Below are positions 9,167 through 20,308 of a DNA stretch of 64,000 nt, one piece after another (positions within the stretch are counted from its first letter, which is position 1; every line of letters begins with the position of its first letter). This DNA comes from a bacterium (lineage in GTDB: Bacteria > Electryoneota > Electryoneia > Electryoneales > Electryoneaceae): NCBI GenBank assembly GCA_019912845.1, contig JAIOHU010000137.1, positions 20,765 through 84,764 of the forward strand. The letters run 5' to 3'. The translations under genes were made by a program, and so were the position numbers. The notes beneath the pieces are model-generated. The model was not told the DNA's origin and searched no databases. It saw only the letters and a list, made by a program, of their open reading frames with translations.

Positions 9167-11499
9167 TTCTCTTTCTTACTGAACATGGAGGTTGTCTCCT
9201 TGATTCTCTCCCCGATTTTTCGGATAAAACCGTTCTTCTCTTCCGCTTTCATTGTGGTTTGTGTTTTTTGGTCTGGTCTGCCATAATAACGCCCATAATA
9301 GTAATGTGAGCCAGCATAACCAGCGATATCCGCCTTCAGGTCGTTCAGTACCACTCCAAGAACATTTGCACCTACAGACTCTATCTGCACTTTCGCACGT
9401 TTCAGGGCTGCACGTGGAACTTTACCGGTACGATAAATCAACAGCGTTGCATCTGCACGATTTGACAGAATGGCAGCGTCTGTAACGGGTAGAATCGGAG
9501 GAACATCAAATAACACGATATCGAATTCTTGAGATGCTTCTTCCATAAATTGTTTCATTTTAGCGGATGCAAGCATTTCTGAAGGATTGGGCGGTACACC
9601 ACCGCTAGTGATGATATGCAGGTTCTCCATACCGGGGGTCATTAAAATGGATTCCATGCCCATCTCGCCCATAATAATATCGGTAACGGTACGGATCGTT
9701 TCCTGCCATTTTTTTCTACCCAGTACGATATCTGTTACCCCGGGTTCCTGTTCAAGTCCAAAAATTCGATACAGGGTGGGACGCCTCAGGTTGCATCCTA
9801 CGAGCAATGTTCTGGTACCACTCTGAGCCAAAGTGATCGCAAGATTAACAAGGGTGGTTGATTTACCTTCCTGCAAAGAAGCTGAAGTAGCTACCAAGGT
9901 TCGGATTTGGCGTGAAATAGACCTGAATTGAAGATTTGTTCGCAATGAACGGTATGCCTCTGCCACAGGGTCTTTGGGTGCAAAATGGGTAACCAGGCGT
10001 GCTGATGAAGCCAGGTTGGGATTGTTCTCCAGCATCGGATTCTGTTCGACCAATCGATCAGAAACCGCTTCAATGTCAATGTGGGGGATAACCCCCATAA
10101 CGGGTACCTGTAAATACTCCTCAACATCCTCAATTGTCCCGATAGATGTATCAAAAGTTTCGAAAAGAAAGGCAAGGACAAGCCCCAGCATCAATCCGAT
10201 GACGATACCAACGCTTATGGTTCGGAACATATTGATATTAATAGGAGAAGAGTTCAACATCGCAGGACGAACAACCATCACCTCATCTGCTTGATCTGCT
10301 TCACGTATCAACGCTTCCTGATGTTTCTCGGTAAGGAAAGCATATTGATTTTCGCGTAAACTTACTTCTCTAAGCAGTTGTGAATATAGGCGTTGCGTAC
10401 GTGGAACACTATCCAAAATCGCACTGATATTATTGATATATGCTGAAAGCGAATCCTTCTTTTGTTCCATCAGCGACAAATTGCCGCTGACTTCAGAGAC
10501 CAATTCGCGGATCAAATCCTTAATTTGAGACTCAAGATCTACGATCTTGGGATAAGTGGGGCGGTAATCTTTCAGTAATTCGCTTTTCTGAACCTCTAAT
10601 GAAACCAATCGTTCATTTAACAAACCAAGTGGACCGGAACCTTCTTCTGAGCTGATCCAATCAATGTCATATTCTTGTGAAAGCTCTTCTTCACCCGAAT
10701 AACTTATCGACCCATCCGCAAGGATAGTTGGATTTCTCAGCCCGCTCCCATTTGTTTTTGGCTGAATACGTTCCTGTAGTTGATCGCGCTGGAGCCGAAG
10801 TTCTTTTATACGTTCAGCTAAATTTCTCTTTTGTTGTTCAATGTTTATCAACTCTTCGATGCGAATTTTGATGTGATCATCAAGAACCGGGTAAGGGTTT
10901 TGCTCACGATAATTCTGCATCTGCTCTTCGGCGGCATTCAATGCTGCCTTGGAAAAGCGTAACTGCTCCTCAATAAATTCCCTGGTTTCACGATCCTGTC
11001 GCGTTCTCTGTTCGAGGTGTTCCTCAGAAAAAACTTCGGCAAGGTTCTGGGAGATTTCCCGTGCTTCATAGGGATCATCTGAGGTGACATATATATCTAT
11101 GATATTGGTTCTACCATTTCGTTCGGTAGAAACCTTGGAAATCATATTATTGATCAGGGCGGATAGCTTGGTATCCTGACGAATTTCTCGTGCTGACATA
11201 GCGTTGTCGATCAAACCCATCCGTTTGGCAACTTTTTCCATCACAGGAAAGCTTTGTATCAATTCCTGGGCGGTGGCAATGTTGTCCCAACGTGTATAGG
11301 TAAGCTTTTGCAGCAGCAAGCCTGCGACGGTATTCGTTTCTTCAATCTTTACAGAAGAATAAGTCTGATAGAGAGGGAGTCGCGAGCGACCGAAAAAATA
11401 GCTGAATACAGCCACCAGAAGCGTAGCAAATAACACTACTTTCCAGCGTCTGCGGAAAATTCGTTGATAATCACGTAAATTCAGGTCGTATTGCGCCAT
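9163..11499 (-). CDS. wzc: Polysaccharide co-polymerase / BY-kinase (Wzc-like)
   Basis: Wzz-like N-terminus with 2 TMs, coiled coil, AEAYRSLRTNL, Walker A QEGKST, FDVPP, C-terminal Tyr cluster YAGSHYYYGRYY. Confidence 0.92.
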   Translation of the reverse strand: MAQYDLNLRDYQRIFRRRWKVVLFATLLVAVFSYFFGRSRLPLYQTYSSVKIEETNTVAGLLLQKLTYTRWDNIATAQELIQSFPVMEKVAKRMGLIDNAMSAREIRQDTKLSALINNMISKVSTERNGRTNIIDIYVTSDDPYEAREISQNLAEVFSEEHLEQRTRQDRETREFIEEQLRFSKAALNAAEEQMQNYREQNPYPVLDDHIKIRIEELINIEQQKRNLAERIKELRLQRDQLQERIQPKTNGSGLRNPTILADGSISYSGEEELSQEYDIDWISSEEGSGPLGLLNERLVSLEVQKSELLKDYRPTYPKIVDLESQIKDLIRELVSEVSGNLSLMEQKKDSLSAYINNISAILDSVPRTQRLYSQLLREVSLRENQYAFLTEKHQEALIREADQADEVMVVRPAMLNSSPININMFRTISVGIVIGLMLGLVLAFLFETFDTSIGTIEDVEEYLQVPVMGVIPHIDIEAVSDRLVEQNPMLENNPNLASSARLVTHFAPKDPVAEAYRSLRTNLQFRSISRQIRTLVATSASLQEGKSTTLVNLAITLAQSGTRTLLVGCNLRRPTLYRIFGLEQEPGVTDIVLGRKKWQETIRTVTDIIMGEMGMESILMTPGMENLHIITSGGVPPNPSEMLASAKMKQFMEEASQEFDIVLFDVPPILPVTDAAILSNRADATLLIYRTGKVPRAALKRAKVQIESVGANVLGVVLNDLKADIAGYAGSHYYYGRYYGRPDQKTQTTMKAEEKNGFIRKIGERIKETTSMFSKKEK

Positions 11500-11521
11500 G
11501 AACCCTGTTCCACAATTGCTT

Positions 11522-12226
11522 TTATATCACAACAAGTAAGATTACAATTTGCAGACCGATTGAAACAGCCTGTAGATATCTATTAACTGTCACAATCCAT
11601 TTTTCCTCTTTAACCGGAACAAAGACTCTGTCACCAGGCTGTAACAGGATGTTTTGTGACGTATCGCCAAATTCGAAAAATGCGTTAAGATCAATAAGAA
11701 TAAGGTCTCCATTTGATCTTAAAATAGTGATCTGTTCAAGATTTGCACCGGGTTGGACTCCACCATACCTCGCAATAAAATTGGCAAGCCGCATCCCCGG
11801 AGGTAAACTGTATTCACCCTGGGAAATAACAGATCCGAGAAGAGATACTTTCTGGCCTAGAAATTCCAGAACTTCAATTCGTAATACTGGATTTACCACA
11901 TACTTCTGCATTTTATTTCGCAACAATCCCTCCGCCTGTTTCAGCGTGAGCCCGGTAACTGCAACCTCGCCAACCAACGGAAAATAAATTGTGCCATCAT
12001 TCTGGATTACCAGGTCAACCTTTTTCCCCTCGTCATCAAGGCTACGTTGACCAAAGTAGGTTATTCGGAGACGATCCCCCACCCCCAGCAGATATCCTTC
12101 AGGAACCTTCATCGCTGGTGCGCTCTCTTCAACAGGGTTCATCTGTGCGAAAGAATTCGTATAAATTCCCGCAGTAATGCATAAGATTAATATTAGTATC
12201 TGCCGTATCAACGTATTATCCTTCAC
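11522..12226 (-). CDS. wza: Polysaccharide export protein (Poly_export + SLBB, Wza-like)
   Basis: Signal peptide, YLLGVGDRL, DGTIYFPLVGEV, GLTL, LQPGDRVFVP. Confidence 0.88.
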   Translation of the reverse strand: MKDNTLIRQILILILCITAGIYTNSFAQMNPVEESAPAMKVPEGYLLGVGDRLRITYFGQRSLDDEGKKVDLVIQNDGTIYFPLVGEVAVTGLTLKQAEGLLRNKMQKYVVNPVLRIEVLEFLGQKVSLLGSVISQGEYSLPPGMRLANFIARYGGVQPGANLEQITILRSNGDLILIDLNAFFEFGDTSQNILLQPGDRVFVPVKEEKWIVTVNRYLQAVSIGLQIVILLVVI

Positions 12227-12590
12227 TCGAAATCATACGCGCAAGAACGCTTGTTTCAAGATAATCAAGATCAATTGGCTTTACGACAAAATCGGACGCC
12301 CCCATACTCGGAGCTTCAATGCCGATATTTCTGTCATGAACGCCAGTCACCATGATAATACCAATATCCGCATTCAGTTTTTTTATTTTCTTGAGCAAAT
12401 CCAGACCATTTGTTTCTGGGATCAAGATGTCCAGGAGAATTATGGTGGGAAAATTCTGAATAATCTTCTGCATCGCACGTTCAGGGGAAGTGGCATAATC
12501 GGCAGCATACCCTTTAGAGAGGAAGAAGTCGACAAGAATTTTACATACTTCGACTTCATCATCGATAACCAGGATGCTATTTTTTATCAT
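12216..12590 (-). CDS. Single-domain response regulator (receiver only)
   Basis: ILVIDDE, LLDILIP..NG, MVTG, DFVVKP; ATG at 12590 follows GGAG. Confidence 0.9.
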   Translation of the reverse strand: MIKNSILVIDDEVEVCKILVDFFLSKGYAADYATSPERAMQKIIQNFPTIILLDILIPETNGLDLLKKIKKLNADIGIIMVTGVHDRNIGIEAPSMGASDFVVKPIDLDYLETSVLARMISSEG

Positions 12591-12626
12591 CCGATACTCC
12601 TGCCCCAAAATACCAACTTTGGATAT

Positions 12627-13541
12627 TCAGTTTGAAAGTGAACCTGTTGATTTGTAAACAGTCCTTGCGATGCTGGCGGCCGTATCAATATCTGCCTCCA
12701 TTTGCACAGGAACGCGTTGCAGTAGCTCTGAGAGCATTTGAAGAGTTGATGCGGCTATGTTATCAAAATAAGTCAGTGACAGCAATTTCATAATCAATTT
12801 TGCCTGTCGATTGTCTGTCATATCAATGGAATCATCCAGCAGGATAATTCGTTTCAGTGTTGCAGATTGTGACCAGGGAACATGATCTGGAGACAATCTT
12901 CTTTTCCCACTTGGCTCCAACTGATTCGCCTGCCATTGCGGAAAGCGAGTCCATACGTCTTGAAATGCGCGTGGACCATCCCCCATTCCATAAATAATGT
13001 GTGAATCGCCATCTCTGCTGAGGAAGACCATATCATCTGCGATCAGTTTTCCACCTTCTGCTACTAACTGAAGTGCGCAGGATGTTTTTCCCGACCCCGT
13101 TTCACCGGCGAACATAATGCCCATACCGTTCATCTCAACAGCGCTGGCATGGATTCCACGCATGCCTCTCGCAGCAAATGGGGGCAACAGTGCGGGCAGG
13201 ATAATTTGGTCCATAATGTCGGTTGCCCGGTTCCACGCCCACTGGGGCAAAAAAATACTCCCTGTTCCCGCTCTTGGATGAACTTCGATGAAGGTTCCCA
13301 TTTGTGGGTGAGTCCAAACCAGCCGCGTCTTATCACCGTACGCCCTGGTGTTTCCTCTTTGCAGACTGGTTTCTGTGTCGGGAGGAACCACCTTCAGTAC
13401 CCCCACCCCAACATTAAAATGAATGTCAGGGTCAGTCTGGTTTTCACTGGCAATCGGAAATCCTGCCGGAAAGTTTATATTTGGAACCCCGGTTTCAATG
13501 GTAAATCCGACTCGTATATCACCAAACTTTCTAACGATCAA
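12627..13541 (-). CDS. HPr kinase-like P-loop kinase (putative peptide Ser/Thr kinase)
   Basis: IHASAV, Walker A GETGSGKT, IADD motif; lacks a canonical HprK N-domain; directly after PqqD gene. Confidence 0.85.
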   Translation of the reverse strand: MIVRKFGDIRVGFTIETGVPNINFPAGFPIASENQTDPDIHFNVGVGVLKVVPPDTETSLQRGNTRAYGDKTRLVWTHPQMGTFIEVHPRAGTGSIFLPQWAWNRATDIMDQIILPALLPPFAARGMRGIHASAVEMNGMGIMFAGETGSGKTSCALQLVAEGGKLIADDMVFLSRDGDSHIIYGMGDGPRAFQDVWTRFPQWQANQLEPSGKRRLSPDHVPWSQSATLKRIILLDDSIDMTDNRQAKLIMKLLSLTYFDNIAASTLQMLSELLQRVPVQMEADIDTAASIARTVYKSTGSLSN

Positions 13542-13544
13542 CGT

Positions 13545-13814
13545 CTATGCCTTTGTAAATCCTGATTCTCTTAGCTTGACAAGAAACTTTTCTACCAGCG
13601 GTTCAATCTCTGTCCGCGATGGAGCATTCTTCATTCTAGTCAATTCTACTTCTATTTCATCCACATTCTGTGCATTGGAAAGCGCACGCCAGACCGTCGC
13701 ACCGGTATGGTTCAATACTAGATATTCACCATTCTCTTTTAGAAGTAGTAAGCCTTCATCCACGTCCTGCTCAACAACACCATCTACCGGACGCGGGAGA
13801 TCACTATCCCACAT
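13545..13814 (-). CDS. PqqD family RiPP recognition element (stand-alone RRE)
   Basis: 89 aa, YLVLNHTGATVWRAL, VEKFLVKLRESGF. Confidence 0.92.
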   Translation of the reverse strand: MWDSDLPRPVDGVVEQDVDEGLLLLKENGEYLVLNHTGATVWRALSNAQNVDEIEVELTRMKNAPSRTEIEPLVEKFLVKLRESGFTKA

Positions 13815-14006
13815 AACATTTTCCCTAAAGCTGAATCAGATTCGTCGAATCGCTTATATTGTGAGAAATAAAATTTCTAAAAATATGAATATCTCATTCC
13901 AACATAAACAAGAAGTCCACACCGGACTGCCATTCTATCTTCTTCTTGCTGCTTTACTATAATTTAGTAAGATACTTCAACTACAATGAAATACGCAACC
14001 AGAATA

Positions 14007-15185
14007 TCATGTAAAGTAAGACTTTTTCGGTTCCTGCCTATTTATTCCAAACCCTCTGCTCAACCGATTGAGAACATATTGAACCAATGATATTTCAGGA
14101 TCATCAAACTCACGTAACAACGCTTTCGGAGGAAATAAAAGCCGTTTGAGGTAACCGAACGCTTCACTGCGGCTGTCCTGTAGGTCAATTAATCCCGTGA
14201 GACGTCGCAGGTTGCGAGGAGAGACATCTTTACCTCGCATGATTAACGAGGGAGGTCTACGGTTTAATGTTCTTTGTATTTCGACTATTGACGTATCAAC
14301 CGCTAAATTCTTCGGTCTAAATCTGAATATCTTTTGTGTCAGTGCGATGCTGGTGTTGACCGCTTTTGAAATTCTCCAGTCTTTTGTTCGTTTTCTGAAT
14401 AACTCCTCGTCCAGTTCAATCTCGTTTGAGTTCAACAAGCAATAAATATCATAGAACCAGGTTATCTTAAAGTAAGCATGGCGTACACTGTGAAGTGCAA
14501 GTATGGCAAGGTGATCTTCGACCGATGGCGCAGAGACAGCGAGATTTTTATCAATGGATAAATATCGCTTACATTTTAACAAATCTGAAGAAGGAATCCA
14601 GAAAGGCTCAGTGCGATCAACTACTGCCCGATGTAAATCCAGGGTAATTGGAATTTCTGGATGGCGTAACACAAGAGCAAAACCGTATTGTTCAGCAATT
14701 TTCTTTTCTCGTTTCCAGTGGACACTTTTCTGAAGCGTCCAGCCATTGTCGCAAAAAACTTCAACAACATCATCAAACTGATCAATCTGAACCAAAATAT
14801 CCAAGTCACCTGGATGACGATTTTGAGGATTTGGATGGTAGAATGCTGCGAGCAACCCTTTGAAATAGATGTAATTATATCCTGATAGTAGTGCGATAGT
14901 GTCCTTCAAGGCTGTTTTAGCCAGACGGTTCCTGGCGATTGCCTGATGTTTTGCGATCTTTAATTTATCAATTTCTCCCTGGTTCAATAGTTCCTGCCAT
15001 CCATAAATTTCCACTACGGTTTCATACGCCCTGGCTGAAAGCTCGTTATGGTTTAAGAATGGAATCAGGTCATGCGGAATGGAGGTAATTTTTCCTGGGG
15101 GTACTTTGGTCAGCAGTTTAACAACAACATCTAAATAAAGACGAGGATCGACCATTAGATTCTGCTTTTCAGGGCTTCCATCCAA
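14007..15185 (-). CDS. Nucleotidyltransferase family protein (NTP_transf_5-like)
   Basis: FKG..Y..R..DLDILV catalytic motif, LDLH, LALHSVRH..WFYDI. Confidence 0.88.
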   Translation of the reverse strand: MDGSPEKQNLMVDPRLYLDVVVKLLTKVPPGKITSIPHDLIPFLNHNELSARAYETVVEIYGWQELLNQGEIDKLKIAKHQAIARNRLAKTALKDTIALLSGYNYIYFKGLLAAFYHPNPQNRHPGDLDILVQIDQFDDVVEVFCDNGWTLQKSVHWKREKKIAEQYGFALVLRHPEIPITLDLHRAVVDRTEPFWIPSSDLLKCKRYLSIDKNLAVSAPSVEDHLAILALHSVRHAYFKITWFYDIYCLLNSNEIELDEELFRKRTKDWRISKAVNTSIALTQKIFRFRPKNLAVDTSIVEIQRTLNRRPPSLIMRGKDVSPRNLRRLTGLIDLQDSRSEAFGYLKRLLFPPKALLREFDDPEISLVQYVLNRLSRGFGINRQEPKKSYFT

Positions 15186-15571
15186 TTTCTTATCCGCCAG
15201 AGTAATGGAATTTCCATTGGGTGAATAATTCCAGATCGTTTCACGTGTGTGATCATACCGATCAAATGTTCGCGGCTAAAGGGATGAACGATTCTCGAAT
15301 GATCACCACTTTCAAAAAGAAATTTATCACCGATTCCCACCAGTCGATGGACAACGGTGTTTTGATTTCCCGGATTTAAACGAAACACCAGCATACCGCA
15401 TTGCAGTAGCTGGTGTTCAACACTTTTCAGAGGTACTACCCGGACAAAGTCCCCGTCAACCAATGTGGGACGCATTGACCCCCCTCTCACTTGTATCCAG
15501 AAGGGTGTCTCAAGTTTTTTCAGGTGCTTCAGGCCGTTTGGCTCAGGGACCCCAAGGATCGGGTTCGTCAC
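15155..15571 (-). CDS. Soluble S24/S26 family peptidase (Ser-His type); start uncertain
   Basis: GGSMRPTL..GD, VVHRL, ESGD; no TM anchor. In-frame GTG at 15571 preferred over ATG 15652, which lies deep inside the precursor ORF. Confidence 0.82.
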   Translation of the reverse strand: MTNPILGVPEPNGLKHLKKLETPFWIQVRGGSMRPTLVDGDFVRVVPLKSVEHQLLQCGMLVFRLNPGNQNTVVHRLVGIGDKFLFESGDHSRIVHPFSREHLIGMITHVKRSGIIHPMEIPLLWRIRNWMEALKSRI

Positions 15572-15671
15572 TGAAGAGCCGTGCTTCAACTTTTCCTGTT
15601 TCAAGAATCTCGGGATCTTCCCAAACTTGTTCTTGCGAATGGTGCTCTTCATCTTTTCGTGATTCCATCAT
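15543..15671 (-). CDS. Putative RiPP precursor peptide, 42 aa (absent from ORF track)
   Basis: MMESRKDEEHHSQEQVWEDPEILETGKVEARLFSDEPDPWGP*; AGGTGG SD-like sequence upstream; W-x-x-P-x-I-x-x-x-G leader; first gene of an RRE-containing cluster. Confidence 0.8.
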   Translation of the reverse strand: MMESRKDEEHHSQEQVWEDPEILETGKVEARLFSDEPDPWGP

Positions 15672-15720
15672 CCACCTGCTTGATTAAAAGATCATTTAGC
15701 GATTAATTCCTGACGTTATA

Positions 15721-15749
15721 AAAGTGATTCAAAGAGGCTCTCCTGTCAA
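15721..15749 (-). promoter_or_regulatory. Candidate sigma70-type promoter for the precursor operon
   Basis: TTGACA-17bp-CACTTT (weak -10; TATAAC follows immediately), about 50 bp upstream of the precursor start. Confidence 0.35.
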
Positions 15750-16150
15750 GACTCCAGGGACAATGAAAAAAATCCAATTACTCATAGGAGAAAAATAAAA
15801 ATTATAGATTCAAGTCTCACGAAAGACTCTACTCACCTCAAAAATCGCTCACTCAACAATTACTCAAAGCACTACAAAGAGAGACAACTATTCAACGCCC
15901 CAAAGGGGGCTGTAAATTTTCTTCAAGAAACACTTTAACTAATTTGTTCAAAATAGAAAAGACTGTTCCTTGCCAAACGTGGGGAGAAATTCAAGATTCT
16001 CAGTGCAGAACTTCAGTATCTAGAAGTGTCTGGTTGTGCCGAACTTTACTATTTTATAACGTCTTCTGAAGACTTGGCAAACATAGGAATTCAAAGCTTA
16101 ACAAACAACTCTTCCTACCAAATCTCCAAAGTTATTTTCTTGTGATCCAT

Positions 16151-18621
<2,471 letters not shown>

Positions 18622-18635
18622 TTCCAGAAAGAGAT

Positions 18636-18663
18636 CAGGCGGGACAGTCTACTCTCCCGCCTG
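18636..18663 (-). terminator. Hairpin after dnaN
   Basis: CAGGCGGGA..TCCCGCCTG 9-bp stem, weak U tail on -. Confidence 0.5.
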
Positions 18664-18688
18664 GAAAGGACATCATTTATTTCCAGAA

Positions 18689-19801
18689 TCAGTTTAAACG
18701 TACCGGCATGATTAACATCAGGAAATCTTCACCTTCAGCAGGTTCAGTGGGTTTAATAATTGCCGCTTGTGTCGTACCACCTACATCCATGCGAAGTTCA
18801 TCTGTTTCTATCTGTTTTAGAATTTCGAGGATATAATTGGCATTGTAGCCAATCTCTTTAGGACTGCCATTATAACTGGCAACAATTACTTCCTTACCCT
18901 GTCCACCCAGCTCGATATCTTCGGCAGTTATTTCAAGTTTTTCAGCCTCAACTTTGAAAATAACTTGTCTGCTGATTGGATTTGAAAATATTGCAGCTCG
19001 TTTTACCGCACGAATCAAATCTTCAGTTCCTACGATCAATCTATCTTCAATATTCTGTGGAATAACACTCTCGTAATGGGGATATTTTCCTTCGATCAAA
19101 CGACTAAAAAGTGTAGCGTCTTCCAGTTTAATCATCACCTGATTTGCACCAATGTTGATTTCAACATCTCCCTCTTCAGGTAGATTCCGTCTAACCATTT
19201 CCAGTGCCTTGACTGGAAAGATTAATTCACGTGGATCCCCATCATATTGGAATGATTGGTCAACAATACGTACCAGACGGTGACCATCTGTGGCAACACC
19301 ACGAATTTCATTTGGACGCAACTGGAAAAACACACCAGTTAAAGCTGGACGTAATTCATCTTTCGAAACCGCGAAAGTAAGACGACGTATGAAACCATCC
19401 ATTTTATCAGTTGAGAGTGTAACTTTTGCCGATTCTTCTATTTCAGGAAGATTTGGAAATTCCAATGCAGAAATCCCGGGAACTTTATAACTACCCGCCC
19501 CAGCATTCATCAGCAAATGGTTATTTTCATCCATCCAGCACTCAAGATCAAGTCCTTCCAACTCTCTTGAAATATCACCAATCTTTTTCGCCGGTACAGA
19601 CAATGCACCATCTTCTTGACCATGGACTTCAATCTCAGTTAGAACTGATACTTCTAAATCAGTAGCAACCATCCGCAAACGGTTACCTTCCAACTGCAAC
19701 AAGATGTTTGATAAAATGGGAAGCGTTGATTTGCTGGGTACCGCAGGTGCAATGCGGTTAAACGCTTCAATAAAATTTGACTGGGATGTTGAAAATCTCA
19801 T
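18689..19801 (-). CDS. dnaN: DNA polymerase III beta sliding clamp
   Basis: LPILSNILL, ATDLE, ATDGHRL, SRLIEGKYP, LIMPVR. Confidence 0.98.
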   Translation of the reverse strand: MRFSTSQSNFIEAFNRIAPAVPSKSTLPILSNILLQLEGNRLRMVATDLEVSVLTEIEVHGQEDGALSVPAKKIGDISRELEGLDLECWMDENNHLLMNAGAGSYKVPGISALEFPNLPEIEESAKVTLSTDKMDGFIRRLTFAVSKDELRPALTGVFFQLRPNEIRGVATDGHRLVRIVDQSFQYDGDPRELIFPVKALEMVRRNLPEEGDVEINIGANQVMIKLEDATLFSRLIEGKYPHYESVIPQNIEDRLIVGTEDLIRAVKRAAIFSNPISRQVIFKVEAEKLEITAEDIELGGQGKEVIVASYNGSPKEIGYNANYILEILKQIETDELRMDVGGTTQAAIIKPTEPAEGEDFLMLIMPVRLN

Positions 19802-20308
19802 TGTCTTCCCGAATTAGATGTATGAAAGCCTTATCCTTTAAAACTCAGATTATTTAGTTTGTACACACAGGGTTTTAATAAGTTCAAATAGTTTTAATAC
19901 TATTGTTCTTGTTATTTGGTTTGTGGATAGAGTGGATAAAATAGAATTATGCCATTTTTATTCAATTATACCAAGAATCCTGCCATTCACATGCATCATT
20001 TTTCAGAGGGGATAATCTAATACTTATCCACAAGTTTATCCTCAGGAGTGAGTAATTATAACCATGAAAGTTATTTTCCACCGCCAATTCACTCCTTCTA
20101 TTCCAAATGTGGAATAACAATGTGGATAAGTCGAATCTAAAGAACAATCCCAAAAAATTATATGACCCGGAAATATAAGAATTTAATGAATTAAAATGCA
20201 AGTAAGAAATAGAGGTTTGTTAAAGATAAACCAATTTAATTATTATTCTTATTCATTGATTTTTAAGAGTTTATGAAGCAATACCGATTTTGTTGAGATA
20301 AACAGTTT
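19802..20308. other. Replication origin oriC (dnaA-dnaN intergenic)
   Basis: Perfect DnaA boxes at 20024-20032 and 20121-20129; one-mismatch boxes at 19922-19930, 19931-19939, 20036-20044; AT-rich flanks. Confidence 0.88.

Noticed and set aside
13815-14006. Second precursor in the NTase-PqqD gap (MAVRCGLLVYVGMRYSYF, - strand)
   Set aside because: Only 18 aa with no leader motif; the region looks like AT-rich regulatory DNA.
15572-15652. N-terminal extension MKSTIRKNKFGKIPRFLKQEKLKHGSS of the S26 peptidase ORF
   Set aside because: It overlaps the better-supported precursor ORF in another frame, has no family motif and no clear SD; probably start over-extension, though not excluded.
6825-15671. 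Calling the cluster a lasso peptide, PQQ or radical-SAM RiPP locus
   Set aside because: No lasso cyclase, B2 protease, pqqBCE or CxxxCxxC radical SAM gene is present, and the predicted core is too short for a lasso.
15760-16150. Riboswitch or ops/JUMPstart element upstream of the cluster
   Set aside because: Only a short GCCCCC-AAA-GGGGGC hairpin and a partial GGCAAAC are visible; no complete known motif.
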